From: Pseudomonadota bacterium
Lineage (GTDB): Bacteria; Bdellovibrionota; Bdellovibrionia; Bdellovibrionales; Bdellovibrionaceae
Assembly (NCBI GenBank): GCA_041178425.1
Contig: JBEGVH010000014.1
Coordinates: 103,234-167,233 of the forward strand
Direction: 5' to 3'
Length of the DNA stretch: 64,000 nt
A program made the position numbers and the translations under genes. Below, piece by piece: positions 10,120 to 19,943 of this stretch. Every line of letters starts with the position of its first letter. Position 1 is the first letter of the stretch. The notes below the pieces were generated by a model, which saw only the letters and a program-made list of their open reading frames with translations, did no database searches and was not told where the DNA came from.

Positions 10120-10351
10120 TTAATCAATTAACTTTTACTTATTATATAAACTCAAAACTAACTGAGACGAACAAGTATTATGTTTCAAAATGTCTCGGGC
10201 CTATTTTACTTTCTCTTCAATAAAAATAAATTCTATTGAAACCAAAAATAGTTCGCCTAGGTTTTATTGAGCGCTCGCGAGGCGAATAAGCCCCCAAATG
10301 GGGCTTCAATATTTTTTTTCATTCAACTTATTGAATGCAAGGGAGTTTAAA

Positions 10352-10927
10352 ATGAGAACATTTTTTCTTTCGACACTACTAATTTTAGTTGCGCCTTTGA
10401 GTCACGCCCTCACGCAGTTCGATATACAACCCTTATCTATTAAGACTAAGTACCAAGTGATGGGAGTCCAAGCGGGCCCACAAGCACAAAAAGCCATCAT
10501 TTATACCGGCGATCAGGCTGAACAAGTCGCGCAAAAGGCAGGATTTACGATCAACAAACATCGACAAATGCTCGTCATGACGGGACCTGAAGTTGACTCG
10601 TTGGTTGGCTCATCGATTGGGGCGACCTACAGCGTAGGAAAGTTAGTGTTGATAACGTCAGCTAACTTTGTTTCTGCTGCCATCAATATGACATACAATA
10701 TTTTAGCGGTTGGAGCTGGCGTTGTGTGGCTCGGGGTTAGCACTGCTGCTACCATCGGAAAAACGGTCGTGTACTTTACTTTAAAAGGCCTACAAGGTAG
10801 TTTTTATTTAATCACCGGAACGGGAGTTTTTCTTGTGAAGGCGTCACAGAGAATCGTGGTGGGCACCCTTAAGTTTATTTGCGAAATACCCAATTATTTT
10901 GGTTTAGGATTTTTTGCCTGCCACTAG
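10352..10927 (+). CDS. Hypothetical exported protein with Gly/Ala/Val-rich amphipathic C-terminal half
   Basis: GGGAG RBS before ATG 10352; signal peptide MRTFFLSTLLILVAPLSHA (ORF track starts at 10298). Confidence 0.75.
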   Translation: MRTFFLSTLLILVAPLSHALTQFDIQPLSIKTKYQVMGVQAGPQAQKAIIYTGDQAEQVAQKAGFTINKHRQMLVMTGPEVDSLVGSSIGATYSVGKLVLITSANFVSAAINMTYNILAVGAGVVWLGVSTAATIGKTVVYFTLKGLQGSFYLITGTGVFLVKASQRIVVGTLKFICEIPNYFGLGFFACH

Positions 10928-11179
10928 TTACTACAACTACACCCAAGGCAGAGATTTTGCTCTGCCTTTTCTTTTTTCTACAAAATCGTACTGACTATTG
11001 TTTGAGGAAAAACGCTCGTATTTTCTCATGAAAGTGATTTTAGCAGTCTCACAAAGTAGTAGATCGCTCCGACCAATTAAACCATCCTGAGTGACACTTT
11101 TTGCCATTCTCATTGAAAAGTACGGAGAAGCTTCGATCTTCAATAGACCTCGCCCATAGCCCTTGTGATAACGGGGTTA

Positions 11180-12001
11180 ATGAAAAACGTGGCTTTAGCC
11201 CTAGCGCTCCTATTTTTAATGTTCACAGGCTGTTATCGGTCGCCGCAAAAAGTGAATGTGGATCGCCAAATTGAGTGGGCGTACCATTTAATCGATCAAG
11301 GTGAGTACTCCGCGGCCATTGATCTTTTTACCCAACTCAGTCGTCAAAATAATTCGCCCACAGTGCGTATTGGCCTCGCCTCGGCCTATGCCGCGCGTGC
11401 GGGTGTCAGAGTTCACTCGTATTGGGACTTAGCTTTACCCTCAGTGAGAGTTCCGCCCCCCACCAGCCTGGAGGCCAATCTTGCTTTTAGAAAACAATGG
11501 ATGGATCGACTTCAACTTCTTCCTCTCAATTTACAAAATCAGGTCGCCACAAAAACGGAAGAAATTATTGCCGCTCACGAAAAAGTAGAAACACTGAAAT
11601 GGCGCTTTCAGCAAATTCCACTGATTGTAAGAATTGAACAACGTAATGATATTATGATGGCTCGAGAAATTATTAGAGATATTCCCAATCGGGGCATTCA
11701 TCTTTATCGTGCTCTTCTCACGCTCGTACTGGTTCGCTTTGAAACACAAGTAATCTCGAACAGTATCGACGAAACGCTTGTTACTAAGTCAGGTTGGCCT
11801 TGCTCGAATTCTCTCCGTAGCTGGATTCACCAACTGCCCCCATCACTTGATCTTTTAGCAGACGTGCTTTTTGACCTTAAATTGGCTTTCCCGCAAAAGG
11901 TTGCCGAAATGGCTCCCTTCGAACAAGACCTCGTTTCGTTTAAACAAAGATTTATGAACTCTCAATCCATCTTGGAAAACACTCTATGTTCGGCACAGTA
12001 A
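11180..12001 (+). CDS. TPR-like helical lipoprotein
   Basis: Lipobox-like FTGC; AYHLIDQGEYSAAIDLF...LASAYAARAG TPR-like motif. Confidence 0.7.
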   Translation: MKNVALALALLFLMFTGCYRSPQKVNVDRQIEWAYHLIDQGEYSAAIDLFTQLSRQNNSPTVRIGLASAYAARAGVRVHSYWDLALPSVRVPPPTSLEANLAFRKQWMDRLQLLPLNLQNQVATKTEEIIAAHEKVETLKWRFQQIPLIVRIEQRNDIMMAREIIRDIPNRGIHLYRALLTLVLVRFETQVISNSIDETLVTKSGWPCSNSLRSWIHQLPPSLDLLADVLFDLKLAFPQKVAEMAPFEQDLVSFKQRFMNSQSILENTLCSAQ

Positions 12002-13059
12002 CGTTTCGAAAAGCGACGCTACCGGGTACTATCGGCACTCTCCTTTTTATGGTGAGTTGCTTTGCCAATGCCTATCCCTCTGATACTTTTTTAAATTATT
12101 TGAATCAAACTCGAACCGATCAAAAGCGTAATCATCAGTTGTGCTATGCCTACGAAGACAGTACCCCTGGTTTACCCTGTAACCCTGCGTTTTTGGGCCT
12201 CGACCGCCAGAATACGGGTTGGGTTTACGGCTACGGAAACAACAATCTTCAGTTTTTTCAAGATGTGGCAGATATTGTTCGAGGCCCCATTCGCGCCCAA
12301 GAACTTTTAGCTATCGTTGACCACAACTCTCACGACAACTTTCAATTAGAGCTCTCAATGGGCTATGTCTCGAGCACCTGGGGCGTTAATGTGATTCCCG
12401 ATAAGCTTGTTTTGTTTACTAACTTTCGAAATCCGGCCCTACCAAGAATTACCGTGTTAGCAGCGCGTGAACGTGAAATCCAATTTCAGCTAGGCAGCTT
12501 CCTGAGCAAAGAGTGGTCGTGGGGCCTCCAGTTGAGAGGCGTTCAGAGACGCTTTACTTACAGCGATGCTTATTTTAGTGACTATATGACGGGCGATGCC
12601 GATTTTTTAAATTCCATCAGGTCTCAGAACGCTTATTATATTGAGCCGAGTCTTTTATATGTGCCTGAATCCAGCGACTGGAACCCTCTCGCCTCGGTGA
12701 TGATTACCAATCTTGGTAAACCTGATTTTTATATGGACCCTTACGATTACAACCCCGCGGCTCAGTTTGCCTTTTCTATTGCTCCTCAGACCGACTACGG
12801 AACCTTTAAAATGGGAGTCACCAGTCAGTGGGTTCAGCAGGCCGAGATCAATAGAATTTTTTCGGCTGCGGGTTTAACCTATAGTTATTCATGGTTTGAC
12901 CTCTTTACCACTGTGAGTGAATTCGAAAAACAGCTGGGCGTTTCCTTTAATTTTGAGTACCTCACAACCAGCGTTAGTTATGCCCAACAAGACTGGAGCA
13001 ATACTCCCTCGCCGAATGCGCATTCACTTTGGCGCTGGGATCTAGGAATTTTGTTTTAA
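11986..13059 (+). CDS. Putative outer-membrane beta-barrel protein (TraF/FadL-like plug motif)
   Basis: CNPAFLG N-terminal motif, alternating aromatic strands, C-terminal WDLGILF; start codon uncertain. Confidence 0.6.
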   Translation: MFGTVTFRKATLPGTIGTLLFMVSCFANAYPSDTFLNYLNQTRTDQKRNHQLCYAYEDSTPGLPCNPAFLGLDRQNTGWVYGYGNNNLQFFQDVADIVRGPIRAQELLAIVDHNSHDNFQLELSMGYVSSTWGVNVIPDKLVLFTNFRNPALPRITVLAAREREIQFQLGSFLSKEWSWGLQLRGVQRRFTYSDAYFSDYMTGDADFLNSIRSQNAYYIEPSLLYVPESSDWNPLASVMITNLGKPDFYMDPYDYNPAAQFAFSIAPQTDYGTFKMGVTSQWVQQAEINRIFSAAGLTYSYSWFDLFTTVSEFEKQLGVSFNFEYLTTSVSYAQQDWSNTPSPNAHSLWRWDLGILF

Positions 13060-13175
13060 TCGCCCCGCAACACCCTTTTGATCCCTCGTTAGCCAATGCC
13101 CCTTTGACTTTTGAGCTTTTCTAACTTCATATGGAAAAATCGTTTTTTGATTGATGTGGGGGAGGGCCCATTCTT

Positions 13176-14426
13176 ATGACTACAGCAATGACTGACTCCT
13201 TGGAGTCTACTGAACAACACCCGTCACGCCATCCTCAGGCGCGAAAAGCCCTCACACTTTTAACCACAGTCAACTATCTGAATTACATTGACCGATTTAT
13301 TTTGAGCGCTGTTTTAGTCTCAATCAAATTGGATCTTAATCTCACCGATTTTCAAGCGGGCCTTCTTGCGACCGCTTTCATGATTGCTTATATGTTTACT
13401 TCTCCCATTTTTGGTTGGATGGGAGATACCAAAAATCGCTCAAAACTTTTAGCTGCGGGTGCTCTACTCTGGAGTGTTGCGAGCCTTATGACAGGCTGGG
13501 CCGGCTCCTTTATGATGTTGGCGCTCTCGCGGTTTATTTTAGGATTTGGCGAGTCTGCGTTCACGACCATAGCAACGCCCTTCATTTCTGATTTTTACCC
13601 CAGCTCTCGCCGCGGTCGAGCTCTCGCTATTTTCTCCTCGGGTCTGCCGGTGGGAGCGGCTCTTGGCTTTGTCTTGGGAGGAATCTTAGGGCAAGTCGTC
13701 GGCTGGCGAAATGCTTTTTTGATTGTCGGCTTTCCTGGGATTATTCTTGCCGCCGTTATTCTTACACTTCCCGATCCGCGACAAAAAGTCAGTAATCTGG
13801 AATTTAACTATCGCAAAATTGTGAGAGAACTATCAAAAATTAAAACCTACGTTTGGACCACGCTCGGCTATTGCGCTTACAGTTTTGTCGTAGGTGGAGT
13901 GGCTCACTGGGTTCCTTCGTATTTACAGAGAAATTACAATCTCGATCAAATGAAAGCCAATATGCTTTTTGGTGGCATCGCGGTGTGCAGCGGCCTTATT
14001 GGAACACTTTTAGGGGGTTATATTGGTGATCGTTGGGCCTCTCAAAAAGGTTCCGCTGGGCATTTAAAATTATCTTCGCTCTCGATGGCGATGGCTCTCC
14101 CCTTCTTTATTGGAACTCTTTATGCACCCACAATCGGGTGGTTGACCTTCTTTCTTGTGTTTGCGCAACTCTTCTTTTTTCTTTCAACCAGTCCGATCAG
14201 TGTTGCACTTATTGAAGCCGTCCCTGCCCACGCAAAAACAACGGCCATGGCCATTTCGATCTTTCTCTGTCATATCCTTGGAGATGCCATATCTTCGCCA
14301 CTCATCGGACTTATTTCCGATAAGACAGGCTCTCTTCAAACAGGAATGGCAATTTGCGCGCCAGTGATCGTGATTAGTTCTCTTTGCTGGGCTAAGGGAA
14401 TGAACAGTCGCAAAGTCATGGCATAA
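13176..14426 (+). CDS. MFS transporter, Spinster-like
   Basis: NYLNYIDRFIL, GLLATAF, SPIFGWMGD..NR, GFGES, HILGDAISS; about 12 TM segments. Confidence 0.88.
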   Translation: MTTAMTDSLESTEQHPSRHPQARKALTLLTTVNYLNYIDRFILSAVLVSIKLDLNLTDFQAGLLATAFMIAYMFTSPIFGWMGDTKNRSKLLAAGALLWSVASLMTGWAGSFMMLALSRFILGFGESAFTTIATPFISDFYPSSRRGRALAIFSSGLPVGAALGFVLGGILGQVVGWRNAFLIVGFPGIILAAVILTLPDPRQKVSNLEFNYRKIVRELSKIKTYVWTTLGYCAYSFVVGGVAHWVPSYLQRNYNLDQMKANMLFGGIAVCSGLIGTLLGGYIGDRWASQKGSAGHLKLSSLSMAMALPFFIGTLYAPTIGWLTFFLVFAQLFFFLSTSPISVALIEAVPAHAKTTAMAISIFLCHILGDAISSPLIGLISDKTGSLQTGMAICAPVIVISSLCWAKGMNSRKVMA

Positions 14427-14561
14427 ATTAAGATTATTTAAAGTCTCACGCCCATAAAACCCCGTTGGCCACTATCACCGTGATGATTTGCCTCGATTTA
14501 CCAAACGACCCTTGAACGCTAAGACGATGCCTTTTAGATTCCCAATCAAAAGGGAGGTTTC

Positions 14562-15002
14562 ATGGGTCCACAAAATTGGTTTGTTGTAATAAATAGAAAA
14601 TCGGCAAAAGTCTTTGAAGTGAGCGATAAGCCTCAAACACTCACCTATCTGCGCACGATTCGCAATCCTCTCGGTGCCATTAAAAATAAGCTCATGCGAT
14701 TGGATAAGCCAGGTTTCAGTCGTGGCAAGTTTGTTAAAAACAAGAGTCCACACGCTCTCACTCACGAGAAAAACCCCCAAGAGGACAGCGCGATCGATTT
14801 TGCAAAAAAAATCGCTCATTATTTAAGATCTCACAAGTTAAACAAAAATTATCTCAACCTTATTATTGCCGCAGAACCTCATATGATGGGCCTGGTACGA
14901 AAAGCGATCGAGCACGATCACTTTAAAGTCAACATTCGTTGGCTTCAAAAAGATCTCGAAAAAATGCCGACCGATCGACTTGAGGCCATGTTGTTTAGTT
15001 AA
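14562..15002 (+). CDS. Host attachment protein family (baeRF12/AtsE-like)
   Basis: WFVVINRKSAKVF, DKPG, FAKKIAHYL, LIIAAEPHMMGLVR, KDL; GGGAGG RBS. Confidence 0.8.
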   Translation: MGPQNWFVVINRKSAKVFEVSDKPQTLTYLRTIRNPLGAIKNKLMRLDKPGFSRGKFVKNKSPHALTHEKNPQEDSAIDFAKKIAHYLRSHKLNKNYLNLIIAAEPHMMGLVRKAIEHDHFKVNIRWLQKDLEKMPTDRLEAMLFS

Positions 15003-15034
15003 TAGAAAGTGCTTATTCAAATAAAGGGAATGCT

Positions 15035-15466
15035 ATGAAAATTTCTAAAATTCTATGCTGTGTGGATACTGATCCCCTCGCTGAGTCTGTTTTTGATTAC
15101 GCTCTTGCCCTTGCCACCGACCTCAAGGCCGAGTTGGCCATTTTGAGCGTTCTTGATCAGAAACAACTCCAAATGGGAGACTCCGGCATCGACGCTTGGA
15201 CACTCAAAGCGTCGATCAAAGAAGAGATCTCACACCTTTTTGATAAACTCCAAAAAAAAGCTGCCAATCTCACCCTAACAAAGTTCTCCGAAGAAGGCAT
15301 TCCCGCGACGACAATCGTTGACGTGAGCAATAATTGGAGCGCCGATCTCATTGTGGTCGCTTCTCATAGCCGCACTGGAATTCCCCGACTCATCATGGGA
15401 AGCGTCGCGGAGTCGGTGCTTCGCCACGCGAAATGCCCAGTGCTAGTAGTGCCAGCAAAGAAGTAG
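15035..15466 (+). CDS. Universal stress protein (UspA family)
   Basis: KILCCVD, ADLIVVASHSRTG...MGSVAESVLRHAKCPVLVV. Confidence 0.95.
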   Translation: MKISKILCCVDTDPLAESVFDYALALATDLKAELAILSVLDQKQLQMGDSGIDAWTLKASIKEEISHLFDKLQKKAANLTLTKFSEEGIPATTIVDVSNNWSADLIVVASHSRTGIPRLIMGSVAESVLRHAKCPVLVVPAKK

Positions 15467-15583
15467 TTTTCACTGAGAGCGAAGAGGCCTCTTATCACCC
15501 ATTTTATTGCCATTTTTAGAAGCCTCCCAGAGACTTAGAGAACACTGCGCATCAGTGTGATCTTAAGTCTATGGGAGTTTAAC

Positions 15584-16615
15584 GTGGTGCTTCGAACTTT
15601 GTTATTGTTTGTTGTTTTATCGATTTGCCTGGGTTGTTCCACGCTAACACCAAAGCAAGAAGAGGAGCTTTTGTACTGGCAAGAGCAAGGTGTCTATGTT
15701 CAAAAGCAAGACGCTAAAAAAGCCTGGCAACTCAATTATTTCATGGGGGCTGGCGATTTTTATCTGGGCCACTATGATTATGGTTTTTTAAATTTAATCA
15801 CCTGGCCATGGTCAATGATCTGGGCTCCAAAGGCCGCCGCCAATCGCGCATTCAAAACAAATTGGGAAGCCACAAAGCTCGCCTTAGGCGACAGATACCT
15901 AACTCTGCGTCCTCCTCCCTCTCCAAAAGAGAGCGATGAAAACAACGAAGAGGAACAACCTATAATGCAAAGGATTAAGAAGGCCTTTCGCGAACGGCGA
16001 ATCTCCGAGGAAAGAAAAAAGCGGATACTCGAAATTTCTTTGGTACCTGTAGACACGAGTTTACTTTACGATGGAGGTCCAATTCCTCAAGGTTGGAGGG
16101 GTGTTCTTTATTTTCGAGGTCAACATGGTCTCCTTCATGAAACATATAGTTCGGGCCTGAGCGATTTTGCCTCTTCAATCTCCGGGATTGTACAAATTGG
16201 CCCCGAAGAAGATCGCAAACATATTTCTGGTGAACAGAGCCATTGGGCCTACAGATATTTTCTTCATGACAATTGGTTTATACAAGCCGGATACAAAGAA
16301 CGAGTGGTCTCCTATTCTTATACGGCCTGTTTTGAAGGAAGCTGTTATCGAACGATCGACGAGGCCAATTGGACGGCCAAGCTAAAGATGGCAGTAGCCG
16401 CTATCGGTTACCAAGCCTTTAGTGGCAAACATTCAAAGTGGGTGTCCGGGGTAGAATTCCATTTGAATACGGTCCAAAAGACAGAAATGCTAGAAGATCG
16501 TTATTCACGCAGTCGAAGCGGCGAAAGCCCTACACTAACTAAAAGTGAAGAGGCAAAGAAGCAATTTCTAGATTCATATGGGGACTTAATTTTTCACATT
16601 GGTTATTTGTTCTAA
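15584..16615 (+). CDS. Hypothetical lipoprotein: TM2-like N-terminal segment plus beta-rich C-terminal domain
   Basis: GGAG RBS before GTG 15584; lipobox-like CLGC; GAGDFYLGH motif; ends FHIGYLF. Confidence 0.65.
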   Translation: MVLRTLLLFVVLSICLGCSTLTPKQEEELLYWQEQGVYVQKQDAKKAWQLNYFMGAGDFYLGHYDYGFLNLITWPWSMIWAPKAAANRAFKTNWEATKLALGDRYLTLRPPPSPKESDENNEEEQPIMQRIKKAFRERRISEERKKRILEISLVPVDTSLLYDGGPIPQGWRGVLYFRGQHGLLHETYSSGLSDFASSISGIVQIGPEEDRKHISGEQSHWAYRYFLHDNWFIQAGYKERVVSYSYTACFEGSCYRTIDEANWTAKLKMAVAAIGYQAFSGKHSKWVSGVEFHLNTVQKTEMLEDRYSRSRSGESPTLTKSEEAKKQFLDSYGDLIFHIGYLF

Positions 16616-16629
16616 ATCTAATCCGAACA

Positions 16630-17421
16630 TTACTCAATGACTTCAATAGAATCTGTCTCGGCTACCACGCCCTCATTTTGAGGGATCCACAAAGTACCGA
16701 AAAAAACTTTGTTCTCTTTTTGACGGTAGCTACTCAGCGTTTTTAAGGGTTCTGGCCCACTGGCCAACCCCGTGGTTTGATCGATCGTAATCACATGACA
16801 TCGCTGACACAATTTGGGGTTGGCAAACTCAACCTGACCAATGCGAATGCGACGCCACTGTTCTTCTTCAAAAGCCTCTGCTCCCGAAAACACAATATTT
16901 GGTCGAAAGCGATCGTAAGAGACTGACTGCTCTAATCGCCCATTCAAATCCTCAAGACTTTTTAGATTTAAGATCTGTATAGGCCGCTGATCAGCAAATC
17001 GAACCTCGGGCTGCCAACCAGGGTTATCGGATTTTAGCCTTCGGTTTGTGGTGGGCATATGCCGAACAAGCCTGCAGGAAACCTCAAGGTATTGAGAGAT
17101 CGCCTGCGAATAAAGATCCGGCTCAAGAGCGACCTCAAAAGGAGAATCCCAAAGAGTGGCAATGACTTTTCGTTGGAAGGAATTCTTTTTGGAAATCTTA
17201 AAAAACATCTTTTGAAAGGCTACGGTGAGACTCTCCTCTTCGAGAAAAACTTCGATAGTGGCCATTTTTGGAAGTCGTCTCTGGGATAAAAATTGACCTT
17301 CTTGATCGATCAGCATCCATTCGCGATCACCCGCTGGGCCAAGGTGACTGATGCTTAATAGTTTAGTTTTTTGCGCACTCGCCGACTTGATGGGATAGAT
17401 GTAAAGATCTTTGATATTCAT
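16630..17421 (-). CDS. MOSC domain protein (YcbX/mARC-like, no ferredoxin domain)
   Basis: LYIYPIKS, GDREWML, FAD, DRFRPNIV, EEQW, CQRC. Confidence 0.92.
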   Translation of the reverse strand: MNIKDLYIYPIKSASAQKTKLLSISHLGPAGDREWMLIDQEGQFLSQRRLPKMATIEVFLEEESLTVAFQKMFFKISKKNSFQRKVIATLWDSPFEVALEPDLYSQAISQYLEVSCRLVRHMPTTNRRLKSDNPGWQPEVRFADQRPIQILNLKSLEDLNGRLEQSVSYDRFRPNIVFSGAEAFEEEQWRRIRIGQVEFANPKLCQRCHVITIDQTTGLASGPEPLKTLSSYRQKENKVFFGTLWIPQNEGVVAETDSIEVIE

Positions 17422-17469
17422 AAAAAGCGTATCTCATTGAATCGCCAGACTTGGCAATGCTTGACCAGC

Positions 17470-19419
17470 TTAAAAATAGTAATAAACACCAAGAGCACCT
17501 CTTGCCTCTGAGGACTCGGCGGTCTTGCTAAGTCGCGCTTCAAACAACCAACGATCATCCTTACCCGCCAAAAGGGTTTGCGCCAGGGCCCAAGTCAGTC
17601 GTTGGGTTTTTCGTGGCTCAAGAATAGCCTCATTGAGGCCCTCAAAAACAAAATTAGACTTTGGCGAAGTGGCCCATCGTAAACCTAACACCGGCCCCAC
17701 ACTCAAAAAGAGGTTCTCCGCTCTTGTCGATACCATTGTGTGACTCACCTTTCCCTGAAATAGAGTATAAGCAATAAGGCCAGAAATCGGTGTCGATTCA
17801 AATTTATAAGTGGCTCCTACCGCCGATCTCAAAAAAGCAGGGGCACCCACGAGGGAAATTTCAGGTTCACGCTCCCATCCAAATGACACTCGCCAACTCG
17901 GACTCACATCCAAGCGATTGATTGGAGACAAAGACGTAATTCCAACCAGGTGAAACTTTTCTAACAATAGATTTTTACTCAAAGCCCGATCATGAATCCA
18001 GCCGAGTGAGAAAAAATCAATCTGAGCGTAATCAGGATAGCCCGCAATTGGATCAAGAAAATCGTGAAGCGCAAATCGCCAAAAAAATTCAGTTCTCTCT
18101 TTTTCACTAATCCGCAGGCCTCCCCGTCCGGACGGATGGGCCTTATCAGGGGATACGTCTAAAGGTGCAATTATTTTAAGTGGCAAAGCCGCTGGCAATT
18201 CGCTCCGCTCTAGAAGCCAATTATTTTTTTCAACAACCCGAGAACCCGAACGTTCAAGTAAAAGCTCATTAGCAAATTTGTAGTCGTAATAATCGAGACC
18301 AGCATCAAGAACTCGCGCAAGCTCCTGGGGGTTTAAGGTTCCCCGCCAAGACTGATCGTCGCCACGCCATTTGTTGAAACTTTTAAACTCTTCATCGGTG
18401 AGTAAAGAAACCCTCTCTTTCAACTGGCGATAAACCGAGGGCCGGTAAATAATGTTGTCGATCAATCCAGGCGTTTCCGACAGGGGCTTAATCGTCTCGC
18501 CAGGTATGATCCAAAATGGCAGTTTTTCGACTAAACTCAAACGTGGCGCTGCGACTTCGAGCAGCGTTAGCATGTGATAGGAACAGTTTTCGGTAATATA
18601 ATAATAATCGAAGGTTGTAAACGAAAGCTCCCACAGATGATCAACGAGCCGCTCAACCTCTTGGTCGGTTAAGGCTAAATCATATTCCCAAAGATCTCTC
18701 GACTCGTAGTCGTTATATTCACGAACCTTGTAATAATAAGGAATAACCGTAAAGGTACCAGGAAAGCCTCCAGCCATTCCCAACACTGCATACAGAAAAG
18801 GATTCTTCGTCGTCGCATTGGCAGCGTAATTAACACCGATATCTAAAAGCTCGGTCGATTTTTCATTTCGTTCCGAATGTTTTTGCCGATTCAACCGCAA
18901 CAGAGAGTGACCGAAGGTCGAAGAGGGGTTGTTCATATAATACGACGAAAAAACAAGTGTCACCGAGCGAGCACGAAGTCTTTGCACGAATTTTTTATAT
19001 TCAGCACACTCACCATCAATCGAAAGATCTAAATCGAATCGGTTTTTGAGCTGTTCTTTGAGCCACTTCGCCCTTGCTGGAAACTGACAAAGTGCCGACA
19101 ACTCCACTTTTTCTTGGGTCAGCGGCACGTGAAGAGTTCTTTTTTTTGGAGCTTGCAATGCAACCAGTGTGGCCTTGAGCTCATTCAGCGGCGAGCTCTT
19201 ACCGTCGCTTGCTAAAAAAAATTGGGCGTCGTCGGCCTGACTTTCTGTATGATTACTAAAAAGGGGGTCTTTATAATGCAAAAGCCGATGCCAATAAGGA
19301 TCTCTCGAAAGTGATTGCAATTGATTGGAACTGAGCTCGATGGAGAAGACATTAGCAGAGTAGCCGAAAAACAAACCGTAAATCAGAAAGCGCCAAACTA
19401 TAAAAAACATAGAACGCAA
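17470..19419 (-). CDS. DUF4105 / Lnb-like papain-fold domain with probable C-terminal beta-barrel
   Basis: WHRLLHY, CQFPAR, NPSSTFGHSLLR, EYNDYESRDLWEY, YYYITENCSY; ends LGVYYYF. Confidence 0.85.
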   Translation of the reverse strand: MRSMFFIVWRFLIYGLFFGYSANVFSIELSSNQLQSLSRDPYWHRLLHYKDPLFSNHTESQADDAQFFLASDGKSSPLNELKATLVALQAPKKRTLHVPLTQEKVELSALCQFPARAKWLKEQLKNRFDLDLSIDGECAEYKKFVQRLRARSVTLVFSSYYMNNPSSTFGHSLLRLNRQKHSERNEKSTELLDIGVNYAANATTKNPFLYAVLGMAGGFPGTFTVIPYYYKVREYNDYESRDLWEYDLALTDQEVERLVDHLWELSFTTFDYYYITENCSYHMLTLLEVAAPRLSLVEKLPFWIIPGETIKPLSETPGLIDNIIYRPSVYRQLKERVSLLTDEEFKSFNKWRGDDQSWRGTLNPQELARVLDAGLDYYDYKFANELLLERSGSRVVEKNNWLLERSELPAALPLKIIAPLDVSPDKAHPSGRGGLRISEKERTEFFWRFALHDFLDPIAGYPDYAQIDFFSLGWIHDRALSKNLLLEKFHLVGITSLSPINRLDVSPSWRVSFGWEREPEISLVGAPAFLRSAVGATYKFESTPISGLIAYTLFQGKVSHTMVSTRAENLFLSVGPVLGLRWATSPKSNFVFEGLNEAILEPRKTQRLTWALAQTLLAGKDDRWLFEARLSKTAESSEARGALGVYYYF

Positions 19420-19465
19420 GACTACTTGATTTCATCTTGCTTTCCAAACAATTTCGAAATCCGAA

Positions 19466-19927
19466 TTAACCTTGGCAGCCTTCGCTTGCCGCTTGATTCG
19501 CCTTCAAAACAGATCGAACTTCTTTACTGATATGAGTAGAATCATTGGTGCCGTTTTGATAGATCTTCTTATAATTATTTTTCAAAAGACCATGAACTTT
19601 CATTGGATTTGAACAGTTCAAAACCTGTGTTAATCCTGTAAGAGTTTGTCCTTGTCCTCTCGCCATGTCATTCGCTAAGGCCTCAGGATTGGCCTCGATG
19701 TAATTTTCGAGCTTTGCAACTCCAGAAACTTCCACACAGTTTGACGTCCCAGAAGAAATTCCAAACGTCTGTGTATGAGAGGTACCATTGCTTGTGAAAG
19801 CAAAAATTTGATTTTCGTTACCAAACATTACATTACCAAGTCCGCACCCAGCAGGTCCAACCGGTTTTCGGGCATGGGCCAGAGAGGTAACAACAAGAGC
19901 AACAGCAACTAAAAATAATTTATTCAT
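19466..19927 (-). CDS. DUF3015 family protein (copy 1)
   Basis: Signal peptide; GPAGCGLG, TFGISSGTSNC, DMARGQGQTL. Confidence 0.9.
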   Translation of the reverse strand: MNKLFLVAVALVVTSLAHARKPVGPAGCGLGNVMFGNENQIFAFTSNGTSHTQTFGISSGTSNCVEVSGVAKLENYIEANPEALANDMARGQGQTLTGLTQVLNCSNPMKVHGLLKNNYKKIYQNGTNDSTHISKEVRSVLKANQAASEGCQG

Positions 19928-19943
19928 TTAATAACTCCTTCAA

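Noticed and set aside
10937..11143. 68-aa minus-strand ORF in the intergenic gap
   Set aside because: TTG start, no recognisable motifs, and it occupies the probable promoter region of the next gene; cannot be supported
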